Source of the DNA: Chiloscyllium plagiosum
Lineage: Eukaryota
DNA: 64,000 nt
Direction: 5' to 3'
NCBI RefSeq assembly: GCF_004010195.1
Contig: NC_057720.1
Location: forward strand, 90,351,801-90,415,800
Shown: piece after piece, positions 63,401-64,000 of the stretch
Numbering within the stretch: position 1 is the stretch's first letter
How the letters are laid out: each line of letters starts with the position of its first letter
Notes under the pieces: generated by a model
Databases searched by the model: none
What the model saw: only the letters and a program-made list of their open reading frames with translations
What the model was told of the DNA's origin: nothing
Translations under genes and position numbers: made by a program

Positions 63401-64000
63401 ATATCGCCTTGAGAAGCCAGTCGTCATCAGCATATTTGAATTGCTGAAGTTTGTGTGGTATTAGCACATTCACAGCGCTGTTAGGAAGTGAGTCCCATGG
63501 CTGTGATTGAGGAACAGGAAACAGGCAGGGAAATAGTTAGAGTCAAGTTGAAGTCTGATTTGGAGGAAAGCTTTCAGGAGAAGCATTGACATGCATGTGC
63601 GCCCTTATCCTCAAGGATCACAGTTTTGGAACATACTGCCGAAGGGACATGTCAGCATGCAAAATGGAAGCTGAACAGGGCACCTCGGCCCCTCTGGAAT
63701 GCTATCCCATTCATGGGATCATCATTAATCTTGCTGCTCGTCGGTCATCCCAACACATTGATAACATTGAACCTGATTGTTTACTCTTCAACAAAAGAAT
63801 GGTGAACCTTTGGAATTCTCCGCCGCAGAAATTGATTGAGGTCAAAACATTAAATGATTTCAATAAGGAGATGAATTCCTTCAATCCTTAAAAAATGCTA
63901 CGGATATGTGGGAGAAAGGCAAACAGGCTACAATATTGGTTGAAATCCATGAAAACATTGAATGGGACATGGTTTGTAAGTTTGCACGTAACGCCAAAAT

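Noticed and set aside
57108-64000. Expected C-mu exon 1 or separate D segments
   Set aside because: No Ig C1-set motif or paired RSS found; constant exons probably lie beyond the window.

Overview
Repeat-dense eukaryotic DNA from a cartilaginous fish (shark), judged from the Ig V segment and the repeat families; the species cannot be fixed from sequence alone. There are two host-gene pieces. The first is exon 1 of a probable GPR139/GPR142-like class A GPCR (902-1124, +); I could not find its second exon. The second is the 5' part of an IgM-type heavy-chain cluster (56037-57107, +): TATA, leader, V exon, a damaged RSS, then a single D-like/J block that looks already joined in the germline, with no constant exon before 64000. 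The rest is a 6.7-kb 33-bp satellite with higher-order repeats, many CR1-type LINE fragments, tRNA-derived SINEs, a Tx1-like L1, a decayed Gmr1-like Gypsy element (integrase before RT, SCAN-like gag), solo LTRs, a Harbinger Myb/SANT remnant and many Penelope-like pieces. The strongest findings are (1) the apparent V-[D(D)J] pre-joined, disabled IgH cluster and (2) short fold-back Penelope-derived insertions with long target-site duplications that carry minimal hammerhead ribozyme cores on both strands. There are two assembly gaps (23554-23658 and 43892-44391), so the left and right parts may not be truly adjacent. Boundaries of decayed repeats are approximate and were read by eye.
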